A stretch of DNA of 64,000 nucleotides from NCBI GenBank assembly GCA_026705345.1, contig JAPPAV010000120.1:13748-77747 (forward strand), read 5' to 3'. This DNA comes from Gammaproteobacteria bacterium (GTDB lineage Bacteria; Pseudomonadota; Gammaproteobacteria; Pseudomonadales; Azotimanducaceae). The notes under the pieces were generated by a model. The model made no database searches, was not told the origin of the DNA, and saw only the letters and a list, made by a program, of their open reading frames with translations. Made by a program: the position numbers and the translations under genes. Shown here one piece after another: positions 9,534 to 18,482 of the stretch (position 1 is the first letter of the stretch; the number at the start of each line of letters is the position of its first letter).

Positions 9534-11526
9534 GACGCCTCCCCCGTCGACCCCGACGTCCGACCTGGCCCGCCAACGTGAGATCGATGCGTCCAGTGGC
9601 CACCGAGACCTCCTCGATGACGACCTCCAAACGATCCGCCAGCGTAAACCTCGCCCCGGACCGTTCCGCCACGAGGGCCATCGACTCGGGTGCGTAGTGG
9701 TAGTAGTCCCGGCCCAGCTTCGAGATGTGCACGAGGCCCTGCACGAACAGGCCATCGAGTTCGACGAACAAGCCGAACTCGACAACCGAGGCGACGGTTC
9801 CCGAGAACGTCTCGCCGATGTGCCCTTCGACGTAGACGCACTTGAGCCAGGCATCCACCGCGCGCTCCGCATCCTCCGCGCGCCGCTCGGTCATCGAGAT
9901 GTGGGCCGAGGCCGCTTCCAGATCGTCAAGGGACAGTCGTTCGCCCTTGAGCATCCGATGGATGAGCAGATCCGCGTAGCGTCGGATGGGCGACGTGAAG
10001 TGGGCGTAGGTCGACAGGGCCAGGCCGAAATGGCCGAGCCGGCGCGGTTCGTAGCGGGCCTGGGCGAGCGAGCGCAACACGAGGATCTCCCAAATCCACG
10101 GCGGCCAGGCGGACTTCTCGCGCGCCCGGGCGAGGACGGCGGACAACTCGGCAGGCGTCGGCGACGAGTTGGGAAGGCGTTCGCCGACAAGCCGCAGCGC
10201 CAGCGCGAGTGCCTCGATCTTCTCGGGCGCCGGCGGTTCATGGACTCGATACACCGGTGGCGGCGGGCGCCCCGTGCCGTCCTTTCGGGATTCGAGGTGG
10301 CTCGCCGCCGCCACGTTGGCGGCAATCATCGCCTCCTCGATCAGGCGATGCGCGTCGTTGCGCTCGATTGGTTCGATGGCCATCGGCATCCCCTCGTCGT
10401 CCAGTTCGATGGCTGTTTCCCGAGTATCGAGGTCGAGGGCACCGCGTTCGTCGCGTCGGGACTTCAACGCGCGGTAGACATCGTGCAGCGCGCCGAGCGA
10501 CGCAGCGACATCGTCCTCGACCGGAAGATGTCCACCCTCGAGCAAGCGTCCCACTTCCGTGTAGGTCAACCGGGCGTGGGAGCGAATGACCGCCTCGTAG
10601 AACTCGTGCCCGGACACGCGCCCGTCGCGGGTTAGCCGCATGTCGCAAACCATCGCCAGCCGGTCCTGACGGGGCACCAAAGAGCAGATCCCGTTGGACA
10701 GTTCCTCCGGCAGCATCGGGACGACGCGGTCCGGCAGATAGACGCTATTGCCCCGCTCGCGGGCTTCCCGGTCCAGTGCGGAGCCTGTCTTGACGTAGTG
10801 GGCCACGTCCGCGATGGCGACTACGAGACGCCATCCGTTTCGGCGCGCTACGGCGAAGACCGCATCATCGAAGTCTCGCGCGTCCGCCCCGTCGATGGTC
10901 ACTAGGGGTATGCCGCGAAGATCCTTCCGCGCCTCGGCAACGTTCCGAGGCACGGATTCAGGCACCTCGACCCGGTCTACTTCCGCTGGCCAAGAGGTGG
11001 GGATGCGGTAGACGGCCAACATCGCGGCGGTCGCTCGGGCCGACTCGCCCCCCGCTTCGACAAGGCGTTTGACGCGTCCGGTCACTCCGGCGAACGTCGT
11101 GTCGAGAATCTCCACCTCGATCACGGCCCCCGGCGGGGCGTGGGGTTCGTCCACGAGGTCGATGCGCTGCTTGTATTGCGGGTCCAGCGATTCGACGAAC
11201 CAGGACCGCGGTCTGCCATCCAGCCGCCCGATCACCGAGGACGGTGGCTTCGACACGGACTCTTCACCCTCGTCGGTGAGCCGATAACGTCCCTTCCTCG
11301 ACAGCGCGACGTCGCCACTGGCGACAAGCCCATCGACGACCCGACGCAATGTCCGCGACGCCGGACCCCGGGGAATGCGCAGGTGCCGGATCAACTCCGA
11401 CCAACTCGCCTCGCCGAGGGCGCCGATCGCGTCGCGGACCGCACCGGGCGCCAGACGGATGGTCGATCGCCGCTTCTGATGGTCTTCACCCGAGCGGTCG
11501 TGCCGTAGCAAGCGGCCCTTGGGCAT
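9505..11526 (-). CDS. rnr: Ribonuclease R
   Basis: It has an RNB catalytic region (IDGADARDFDDAV...YLPDRVVPMLPE), an S1 domain (GTVASVVEFGLFVELDGLFVQGLVHIS) and a basic tail. The start was chosen at MPKGRLL (11526), and the longer track ORF (to 11724) was rejected. It overlaps rlmB by 29 nt. Confidence 0.9.
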   Translation of the reverse strand: MPKGRLLRHDRSGEDHQKRRSTIRLAPGAVRDAIGALGEASWSELIRHLRIPRGPASRTLRRVVDGLVASGDVALSRKGRYRLTDEGEESVSKPPSSVIGRLDGRPRSWFVESLDPQYKQRIDLVDEPHAPPGAVIEVEILDTTFAGVTGRVKRLVEAGGESARATAAMLAVYRIPTSWPAEVDRVEVPESVPRNVAEARKDLRGIPLVTIDGADARDFDDAVFAVARRNGWRLVVAIADVAHYVKTGSALDREARERGNSVYLPDRVVPMLPEELSNGICSLVPRQDRLAMVCDMRLTRDGRVSGHEFYEAVIRSHARLTYTEVGRLLEGGHLPVEDDVAASLGALHDVYRALKSRRDERGALDLDTRETAIELDDEGMPMAIEPIERNDAHRLIEEAMIAANVAAASHLESRKDGTGRPPPPVYRVHEPPAPEKIEALALALRLVGERLPNSSPTPAELSAVLARAREKSAWPPWIWEILVLRSLAQARYEPRRLGHFGLALSTYAHFTSPIRRYADLLIHRMLKGERLSLDDLEAASAHISMTERRAEDAERAVDAWLKCVYVEGHIGETFSGTVASVVEFGLFVELDGLFVQGLVHISKLGRDYYHYAPESMALVAERSGARFTLADRLEVVIEEVSVATGRIDLTLAGQVGRRGRRGRRHAGYATARR

Positions 11527-11758
11527 GGCGGCGGTCTCTGCATAACAACAAGACGGCAGCGTAAGCGACCGGTGCCGGGAGTGCCATGGACAATCGGTTG
11601 TCCGATCCGATAACCGATTCCGCCGGGTGCGGACGATTTCAGCGATGTCGCACACGAATCCGGGCCGATGTCTGTAACGCCTGCGATCCAGGACGGGCCA
11701 TGCTTGACTTGCTTGCCCACCCATCGCGCCGCACCAGGAACACCTGTGGTACTTTCAG

Positions 11759-12544
11759 ATGATGACAACCGAACCGCCTCCCCCCGCAACGCGCACCGGC
11801 GCTGGCGCAGTATCCGTGCCGCCGTCCGTTGCGCCGCGGCCCTCGCTGGCCGGGCGCCACGCAAGGGCGCTTTACCGACCGGTGCCGCCGGTCGGATATG
11901 ACGACGAAGGCCACCCCGAGAGCGACTCTGCAACCGTGGAAAGCGTCACCCACGATGACATTCGGGCGTACGCGATCCGCGCGCTGCGGGTCCGGTACGC
12001 GGCCGACCCGGGCTTCTTCGCCGGAGGGGACCTCGGGCTCTTGTTCGAGCGCGGCAATCCGGCCGCCGTCATGGCGCCGGACCTCCTGGTGTCGTTCGGC
12101 GCAGGCGGTGGGGCGCGCTCGTCCTACAAGCTGTGGGAGGCACCGGTGCCTGACCTGGTGATGGAACTGCTCTCGCCGAAGACGTGGCGGCGCGATGTCG
12201 AGGCGAAACCTGCCCTCTACGAGGAGCTCGGCGTACGCGAGTTCTGGCTGTTCGATCCGTTCGGCAAGCTGCCGCGTCCGGTCAACGGCTGGCTCTTGGA
12301 CGCCGACGGCGCGTACGCGCCCGTACCGGCCCTGCCCGACGGCGGCTGCCGGAGCGCAGTGCTGGATCTCGACCTGGTGGCGCACGGCGACGGTTTCCGG
12401 TTCCGCGATCCGGTGACCGGCGAGCTCTTACCGGACCATGCGGAGACCGCCACGGCGCTCCGCGTGTCAGAGACCGCGCGGCGGACCGCGGAGACGCGCG
12501 TGGCTGAGCTGGAGGCGTTGCTGCGGCGATCCGACCACCTTTGA
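11759..12544 (+). CDS. Uma2 (DUF820) family putative endonuclease
   Basis: 261 aa. It has a PD-(D/E)xK-like core (APDLLV...PDLVMELLSPKT...YEELGVREFWLFDP) characteristic of Uma2 proteins. The start is uncertain. Confidence 0.65.
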   Translation: MMTTEPPPPATRTGAGAVSVPPSVAPRPSLAGRHARALYRPVPPVGYDDEGHPESDSATVESVTHDDIRAYAIRALRVRYAADPGFFAGGDLGLLFERGNPAAVMAPDLLVSFGAGGGARSSYKLWEAPVPDLVMELLSPKTWRRDVEAKPALYEELGVREFWLFDPFGKLPRPVNGWLLDADGAYAPVPALPDGGCRSAVLDLDLVAHGDGFRFRDPVTGELLPDHAETATALRVSETARRTAETRVAELEALLRRSDHL

Positions 12545-12612
12545 ATTGCTTTTGCCGACGCCGCCCGATGTGTGTTCAACCGCAGCCCGCTGTAGTAAAG
12601 TCGCGCGCCCAC

Positions 12613-12699
12613 GCCGAGGTGGTGAAATTGGTAGACACGCTAGCTTCAGGTGCTAGTGGGGGTAACCCCGTGGAGGTTCAAGTCCTCTCCTCGGCACCA
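12613..12699 (+). tRNA. tRNA-Leu (anticodon CAG), class II with long variable arm, CCA encoded
   Basis: The sequence is GCCGAGGTGGTGAAATTGGTAGACACGCTAGCTTCAGGTGCTAGTGGGGGTAACCCCGTGGAGGTTCAAGTCCTCTCCTCGGCACCA. The acceptor is GCCGAGG/CCTCGGC, the anticodon stem is CTAGC/GCTAG with loop TTCAGGT, and the T-arm is GGAGG-TTCAAGT-CCTCT. Confidence 0.9.
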
Positions 12700-12734
12700 A
12701 CGCAGGGAAGTTACGCCAGACCGGCCACGGAATC

Positions 12735-12826
12735 GTAGGGGACGGGCTTGTCCCGTTCCGCCAGTCCCCGGCTCATGATCAGCGGGCGACCGCGCGCCCT
12801 TGCGGGCGCGTTAGGGTCGCCCCTAC
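12735..12826. repeat. REP-type palindromic cluster
   Basis: The sequence is GTAGGGGACGGGCTTGTCCCGT...GGGCGACCGCGCGCCCTTGCGGGCGCGTTAGGGTCGCCCCTAC. The terminal CTAC is the TAG stop of the TauD-like gene. Confidence 0.75.
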
Positions 12827-13638
12827 ACCGGGCGGTCGCCCTTAACCGTGACGCGCATGCCACTGCGGGTTTCGGGAAAGTAGTCCCACATCGCCAGGTG
12901 CTGTACGCAACGGTTGTCCCACATCGCGACCGAATTCTCGCGCCACCGGAACCGGCATTGGAAGCGCGGCTTGGCAATGTGGGCGTAGAGGAAGGCAAGG
13001 ATCGCATCGCCTTCGTCCTTGGGCACCCCGCATAGCTCCGTGGTGAAGACCGAATTGACGAAGATGCCCTTGCGTCCGGTGCGCGGGTGCGTCCGGACTA
13101 CGGGGTGTTCAGCGCGCGGGTAGACCCGGTCGCGGTCGTCGCGGCCGATCCGCCGATTTCGATCCCGATAGTTCGGTCCACCATCGTGGATCGCGGTGAG
13201 GCTGGCCAGGTACGTCTGCATGGTGCCAGAGAGTGCTTCGTAGGCGGCGTACATGCTCGAGAACAATGTATCGCCGCCACCGTCGGGAGGAAGGGTGTGC
13301 AGGCGGAGGATCGACAGCATCGGCGGTTCCTCGTCGCAGCTGACGTCGGAATGCCACTTGTCGCCGGCCGTCCGTTTCGTCTTCGCATCGGCGTGGACCT
13401 TCAATACCTCGGGATGGCCCGGCGCCCCCGGCGGCGCACTCGGGTGGATGTGGAGTGGGCCGAAGCGTTCGCCCAGTGCCTTGTGCTGTTCGAGGTCGAG
13501 CTCCTGGTCCCGGAAAAACAGAACCTGCCTGTCCAACAGGGCCGCTTCGACCCGCGCGAAGCGGGCATCATCCAAGCGGGCGAGATCGACCCCGAGCACT
13601 TCGGCGCCGATCACCGGAGTCAGTGGTTCCACCTTCAT
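12823..13638 (-). CDS. TauD/TfdA family Fe(II)/2-oxoglutarate dioxygenase
   Basis: 271 aa. It has the HxD facial triad motif (WHSDVSCDEEPP), DTLFSSMYAAYEAL, the distal region HPVVRTHPRTGRKGIFVN and WDNRCVQH. Confidence 0.85.
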   Translation of the reverse strand: MKVEPLTPVIGAEVLGVDLARLDDARFARVEAALLDRQVLFFRDQELDLEQHKALGERFGPLHIHPSAPPGAPGHPEVLKVHADAKTKRTAGDKWHSDVSCDEEPPMLSILRLHTLPPDGGGDTLFSSMYAAYEALSGTMQTYLASLTAIHDGGPNYRDRNRRIGRDDRDRVYPRAEHPVVRTHPRTGRKGIFVNSVFTTELCGVPKDEGDAILAFLYAHIAKPRFQCRFRWRENSVAMWDNRCVQHLAMWDYFPETRSGMRVTVKGDRPV

Positions 13639-13744
13639 GCAGGGATTATAGGCACGATGGTCGAGTCAGCCTCAATGGCACCCCTCCCCGTGCTGGTCTA
13701 TGATCTTGCGGACAAGCAACGAACAATGGGTGGGGGGAAACACC

Positions 13745-15394
13745 ATGAGTCATGACCTCGTTATCCGGGGCGGCAGCGTCGTCGACGGAACCGGCGCCGA
13801 GCCATACCAAGCCGACGTCGCGGTCGACGGCGATCAGATCGTCGAGATCGGCAAGGTCGCCGGCAAGGGCAAGCGGGAAATCGACGCGGCGGGCTTGAAC
13901 GTGTCGCCTGGCTTCATCGATCTTCACACGCATTTGGACGCGCAGATCGGCTGGGACCGCGACGTTACGTCGGTTAGCTGGCACGGCGTCACCACGGCGC
14001 TGTTCGGGAACTGCGGTGTCACCTTCGCACCCTGCAAGTCCACCGACCGGGAATTCCTCGCCGGGATGATGGAGACCGTCGAGGACATCCCCAAGCAGGC
14101 GATCCTGCACGGCCTGCCCTGGAACTGGGAGTCGTACGGCGGTTATCTCGACGCCCTGGACCAGCTCGGTCCGGCGATCAACATATGCGGCCTGGTCGGG
14201 CACTGCGCGACGCGGTTCTACGTGATGGGCGAACGCGCGGTGGAGGAACCCGCGACCGAGGACGAGATCCGGCAGATCGCCGAGCTGGCGGGCCAGTCGG
14301 TTAAGGAAGGCGCGGTCGGCTTCTCGACCAACCGCCTGCCCCAGCACCGCCTGCCCGACGGTCGCTCCATTCCGGGCACCTTCGCGGATCGTGCCGAACT
14401 GCGCGCCGTGGCGAAAGAGGTCGGCACGCACGGCGGGATCATGCAGACCGTCTCGGACTTCCGCGAATTCGACGAGGAGTGCGACCTCATCGCCGACGAG
14501 GCGCGCATGGCGCGGGGTGCGCTTTTCAGCTGTGCGGCGGAAATCGGCACCGAGCGCCTCGACAAGCGGGTGTCCGCGATGCGGGCCGAGGGCCTGAACG
14601 TCACGTCGGTGACCGTTCCCCGCAGCGGCGGAGGCGTCGGCGGCTTGTCGACCAACAATTTCTTCCGCACGCCGGCCTGGAACGAAGTGCGGAAACTCGA
14701 CCTCGACGGGCGCGTGAAGGCGATCCGGGACCCCGAAACGCGGCAGCGTCTCGTCGACGAGGTTAAGGCGCAGGGCGACGCCGTCATCAACGGCATGCGG
14801 CGCTGGTTCTACATGGGCGATGCGGCGCGGCCCTGCTACACGCAGGACCTGTCGGACAATCTGCCTGCGATGGCGGAAGCCGCCGGCGAACATCCGGTCG
14901 AGACCTGGCTCAGACTGACCGACGAGACCAACGGCAAGGCGCTATTCCACATGCGCGGGTTCAACGTGAACCTCGATCACCTGGAGAAGCTGATCACCAC
15001 CGACTGGGCGATGCCTGGCCTTGGCGATGCCGGCGCGCACGTCAGCCAGATGATCGACTCCGGCTGGTCGACGTTCATCCTGTCGCACTGGCACCGGGAC
15101 AGTGGCGTCTATTCCATCCAGGAAGCGGTGCGGCGGATCAGCGCCGTTCCTGCACATGTCCTGGGGCTCGAGGACCGGGGCACGTTGGCCGTCGGAAAAC
15201 AGGCGGATATCAACGTGTTCGACATCGACCGCCTCGAAGAGCGCATGCCCAAGATCGTCCACGACTTCCCGTTCGGCGCACCGCGGTTCATCCAGCGGGC
15301 GGCGGGTTACCACGCGACCGTGTGCAACGGCAGCGTGATACTGCGCGACGACGAGTTGACCGGGGAATACGCCGGACGCGTGCTGCGCAGCTAG
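13745..15394 (+). CDS. N-acyl-D-amino-acid deacylase (D-aminoacylase) family amidohydrolase
   Basis: The start is at MSHDLVIRGGSVVDGTG. It has the metal-binding motif PGFIDLHTHLD and is about 550 aa, typical of the family. Confidence 0.8.
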   Translation: MSHDLVIRGGSVVDGTGAEPYQADVAVDGDQIVEIGKVAGKGKREIDAAGLNVSPGFIDLHTHLDAQIGWDRDVTSVSWHGVTTALFGNCGVTFAPCKSTDREFLAGMMETVEDIPKQAILHGLPWNWESYGGYLDALDQLGPAINICGLVGHCATRFYVMGERAVEEPATEDEIRQIAELAGQSVKEGAVGFSTNRLPQHRLPDGRSIPGTFADRAELRAVAKEVGTHGGIMQTVSDFREFDEECDLIADEARMARGALFSCAAEIGTERLDKRVSAMRAEGLNVTSVTVPRSGGGVGGLSTNNFFRTPAWNEVRKLDLDGRVKAIRDPETRQRLVDEVKAQGDAVINGMRRWFYMGDAARPCYTQDLSDNLPAMAEAAGEHPVETWLRLTDETNGKALFHMRGFNVNLDHLEKLITTDWAMPGLGDAGAHVSQMIDSGWSTFILSHWHRDSGVYSIQEAVRRISAVPAHVLGLEDRGTLAVGKQADINVFDIDRLEERMPKIVHDFPFGAPRFIQRAAGYHATVCNGSVILRDDELTGEYAGRVLRS

Positions 15395-15420
15395 CGACGG
15401 CACCGGTGGCGGCGCGAACC

Positions 15421-15518
15421 GTAGGGGCGACCCTAACGCGCCCGTCAGGGCGCGCCGTCGCCCGGAAGACGAATGGGGTGTCGCTGGCGGCTCGGGCGGG
15501 GACAAGCCCCGCCCCTAC
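15421..15518. repeat. REP-type palindromic cluster
   Basis: The sequence is GTAGGGGCGACCCTAACGCGCCCGTCAGGGCGCGCC...GGGCGGGGACAAGCCCCGCCCCTAC. Confidence 0.75.
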
Positions 15519-16617
15519 GGCGTCGTCACGGCGTGCCGTCTCGATCATCGCGTTTTCCGGCGGGCTGTTACTGTTGGGGCTCGGTACCGTCCGGGCGGCG
15601 GATGAGGACGCCGCGTCGGTCAGCGAGTCGGCGCTCTTCAACGATGTCCACTTCCACCTGTTGAACTACGTCCAGCGCGGCATCACGGCCAAGGACTACT
15701 TCAAGATCGTGGGCGGCCGCGTGGGCCGGGTCGCCATGTTCGGCATTCCGTTGCAGCAGAAATGGGACTACTTCATCTCGGGCGACCGGGCGCCGAACTA
15801 CTACCTGCTCTCGGACGCGGCGCTCTACTACTACTCGTTCGTCGACGCCGTCATCGCCATGGAATACCGGTCCCTGGATGAGGCGCAGCAGGCGCGTGTC
15901 GATCCGATGATCACGGGCTTCAATCCCACCGACATGTATGCCGCCGACCACATCCGACGCGTCCTCCTCACGTTCCCGGGCGTGTTCGCCGGCATCGGCG
16001 AGTTCAGCGTCCACAAGGAGTTCGTGTCGTCGAAGATCGCCGGCCATGCCGCTAGCCTGCGCAACCCGGCGCTGGACCGGATCCTCGAGGCCGTGGCCGA
16101 AATCGGCCTGGTGGCGATCCTGCACTGCGACATCGACACCGTGCGAGCAGGCGAACGGCCGACGCACTACGACGGCCTGCTCCGCGTGCTTGCCGCGCAC
16201 CCGGGCGCTTCGGTGATCTGGGCGCACACCGGGTTGGGGCGCTTCGTGGGCCCGGCCGATGAACACGTCGCGCTGCTCGAGGAAATGCTAGACGACCCCG
16301 GCTTCGACCATGTCGTGATGGATATCTCCTGGGACGAGGTCGCCAAGTACGTCGTTGCCACTGCGGACACCGCCGCTGTCTGGGCTGCGCTGATCGAGAA
16401 GCACCCGACGCGGTTCCTGTTCGGCACGGATTCCGTCGCGCCGTTGAACTGGGATCGCTACGCCAAGACCTACGTGGACTACGGACCTCTATGGCAGCGG
16501 CTGAGTGCCGAAACCCGAGCGCAGGTGGAGCGACTCAACTACGAGCGGGTCTTCGATGCCGCCATCCCCAAGGTGAGGGCCTGGGAACGCGATCAACTCG
16601 CCACGGCGTCCCGCTGA
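15478..16617 (+). CDS. Amidohydrolase-2/TIM-barrel metal-dependent hydrolase family protein, probably exported
   Basis: The track frame is 15322..16617. Its 5' part lies in a REP cluster, so an in-frame GTG at 15478 is proposed and the start remains uncertain. It has a signal-like RRAVSIIAFSGGLLLLGLGTVRA, an HxH motif (DVHFHLLNY), and HCDID, WAHTG and FGTDS motifs. Confidence 0.6.
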   Translation: MSLAARAGTSPAPTASSRRAVSIIAFSGGLLLLGLGTVRAADEDAASVSESALFNDVHFHLLNYVQRGITAKDYFKIVGGRVGRVAMFGIPLQQKWDYFISGDRAPNYYLLSDAALYYYSFVDAVIAMEYRSLDEAQQARVDPMITGFNPTDMYAADHIRRVLLTFPGVFAGIGEFSVHKEFVSSKIAGHAASLRNPALDRILEAVAEIGLVAILHCDIDTVRAGERPTHYDGLLRVLAAHPGASVIWAHTGLGRFVGPADEHVALLEEMLDDPGFDHVVMDISWDEVAKYVVATADTAAVWAALIEKHPTRFLFGTDSVAPLNWDRYAKTYVDYGPLWQRLSAETRAQVERLNYERVFDAAIPKVRAWERDQLATASR

Positions 16618-18062
16618 CCCCGGCGCAGAGTCGCGAACCAGAGGATCAGCACCGGAGCGAACCACGGTACGACGCGCTCGAACGGGTCTCCCGGCATGTG
16701 CGCGGCTTGAGACAGCATCGAGTCGGTGGGCGGGGCCGAGCCCAAGCTGAAGAACAGCACCGTGACGGCGAATCCCGACAACATCGCAGCGAGTGCCGGT
16801 CCCGCCTGGACGACATGGCCCATGACGCGGAACAACACGATCGGGCCGAACGCCGCGCCCAATGCCGACCACGCGAACAACACCCGGTTGAATATCGTGT
16901 CCGGCATGCTGAGGGCGAGGGCCACGGCCAAGGCGGCCACCGCGAACATCGCCGCCCGCGACGCCCACGCCTCGTGACCGGGGAATCGCCGATTGACGCC
17001 CATGTCGTGAGCGACCGCACCCGCCGCGGCCAAGAGCAGGGAGTCCACCGTGGACATGACGGCCGACAGCGTCGCCGCCGTCGCGATACCGGCGAGGACA
17101 AGCGGCAGGAAGTCGCTGGCCGCACGGTAGAAAAGCGCCTCGGCGTTGCCGATGTCGGGCACCAGCACACGGCCAGACAGACCCAGCGCAACCATGCCCG
17201 TGAACACCACGAGACCCCATCCGAAGACGATCCCGAACGCCTGCCGACGCTCCGCTTCGCCCTTGACCGCCATCAGCCGGGCCAGCAGGTGCGGCTGTCC
17301 CAGCGCGCCCAGGGACATGCCGACGAGACCCACCGTGAAACCAACCAGCACGAATCCCGCATGTCCCCCGCCGAAACTCAGGTATTCGGCGGGCATGGTT
17401 GCCGATAGCGCGGTCCAGACCTCCTCCGGACCGCCGGCGGCCGCCAGCGCCGCGATGGGAACGCCCACCGACACGATCATCATGATCGCCGCCTGCACGG
17501 TGTCGGTGACGGAAACCGCCCAGAAACCGCCGACCAGGGAATAGAACACCACGATCAGTGCGCCGATGACGATCGCGGAGGTGGTATTGACCGCAAAATG
17601 TTCGGTGAGCGCCGTTCCGGCAGCATCAAGTTGCGCCGCGACATAGAAGACGAAGCAAAACAGGACGAGGACACCGGCGGCTAGGGTGGCCACCCGCTTC
17701 CAATTCCCGTGGCCGTCCTGGACCAGGAAGTCCGTCAGGGTGACCTGTTGATGCTCGATCGACTCCTCCCGTACGCGGCGCCCGAAGTAGAGCCACACCA
17801 CGGCGTACGCGCCGAGAATCCCGGGAATCATCCAAAGCGCGCTCAAGCCGACGGCGTAGACGAACCCCGAGAAGCCGAGGATGACCCAGGCCGACGAGGT
17901 GCTCGCCGCGTAGGAGAGTCCTGCGACGAAGGGGCCGAGACCCCGGCCGCCGAGAAAGAAGTCCGCTTCGCTGCGATTCCGTGACGCCGCCCAGAGGCCG
18001 ATGAGGATCATCATCACCTTGTAGGCGACCAAGGTGACGAGGATGACGGTGGCTTCGCTCAT
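16593..18062 (-). CDS. Sodium:solute symporter (SSS) family transporter
   Basis: 489 aa with about 13 TM segments. The N-terminal motif FFLGGRGLGPFVAGLSYAASTSSAW is typical of PutP/PanF-type SSS proteins. Confidence 0.85.
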   Translation of the reverse strand: MSEATVILVTLVAYKVMMILIGLWAASRNRSEADFFLGGRGLGPFVAGLSYAASTSSAWVILGFSGFVYAVGLSALWMIPGILGAYAVVWLYFGRRVREESIEHQQVTLTDFLVQDGHGNWKRVATLAAGVLVLFCFVFYVAAQLDAAGTALTEHFAVNTTSAIVIGALIVVFYSLVGGFWAVSVTDTVQAAIMMIVSVGVPIAALAAAGGPEEVWTALSATMPAEYLSFGGGHAGFVLVGFTVGLVGMSLGALGQPHLLARLMAVKGEAERRQAFGIVFGWGLVVFTGMVALGLSGRVLVPDIGNAEALFYRAASDFLPLVLAGIATAATLSAVMSTVDSLLLAAAGAVAHDMGVNRRFPGHEAWASRAAMFAVAALAVALALSMPDTIFNRVLFAWSALGAAFGPIVLFRVMGHVVQAGPALAAMLSGFAVTVLFFSLGSAPPTDSMLSQAAHMPGDPFERVVPWFAPVLILWFATLRRGQRDAVAS

Positions 18063-18083
18063 CCGACTATCCGATCATGGCCC

Positions 18084-18470
18084 CTAGTCGATCGGTTGGT
18101 GGAAGTAGAAACACAATCCGTCCGGCGCGACGACGAAAAACACTTGGTACTTTCCATCGTCGCGCTCGTCGACGCGCGGGTTCCCGGTCTCTACGCCGTT
18201 CGCCGCCAATTCGTCGCTGGCACGCTGGATGTCCGTGACGAGGATGGCAGCACCGTCGTTGCTCGCGTCACCGCCGTTGATCGCGAACCCGATCTTCACG
18301 CCGTCGCGCTCGAGGATGACCGTCGGCACCGGTTCGTCACGACGTTCGACCTCGGTGAGACCGAAACGCTCCCCGTACCAAGCGGCCGCGCGGTCGATGT
18401 CCTCCACCGGCAAGGCGAGGACATCGTCCTGGAACGGATACGCCGCCTCGTAGAGCTTGGCTTCGCTCAT
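18084..18470 (-). CDS. VOC (glyoxalase/bleomycin resistance/dioxygenase) family protein
   Basis: 128 aa. It has a beta-alpha-beta-beta-beta module pattern (AAAWYGERFGLTEV...VKIGFAI...VFFVVAPDGLCFYFHQ). Confidence 0.75.
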   Translation of the reverse strand: MSEAKLYEAAYPFQDDVLALPVEDIDRAAAWYGERFGLTEVERRDEPVPTVILERDGVKIGFAINGGDASNDGAAILVTDIQRASDELAANGVETGNPRVDERDDGKYQVFFVVAPDGLCFYFHQPID

Positions 18471-18482
18471 CGCAGAGGCCGG

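Noticed and set aside
8733-11724. The long N-terminal extensions of the rlmB (to 9872) and rnr (to 11724) track ORFs.
   Set aside because: The extensions are Arg/Ser/Trp-rich, not family-like, and overlap the neighbouring gene. Conserved N-termini begin at 9533 (MPDTQQ) and 11526 (MPKGRLL).
16489-17408. Plus- and minus-strand ORFs of 180-305 aa overlapping the SSS transporter.
   Set aside because: The 16593-18062 frame encodes a coherent multi-TM SSS protein. The others are Arg/His/Gly-rich alternative frames.
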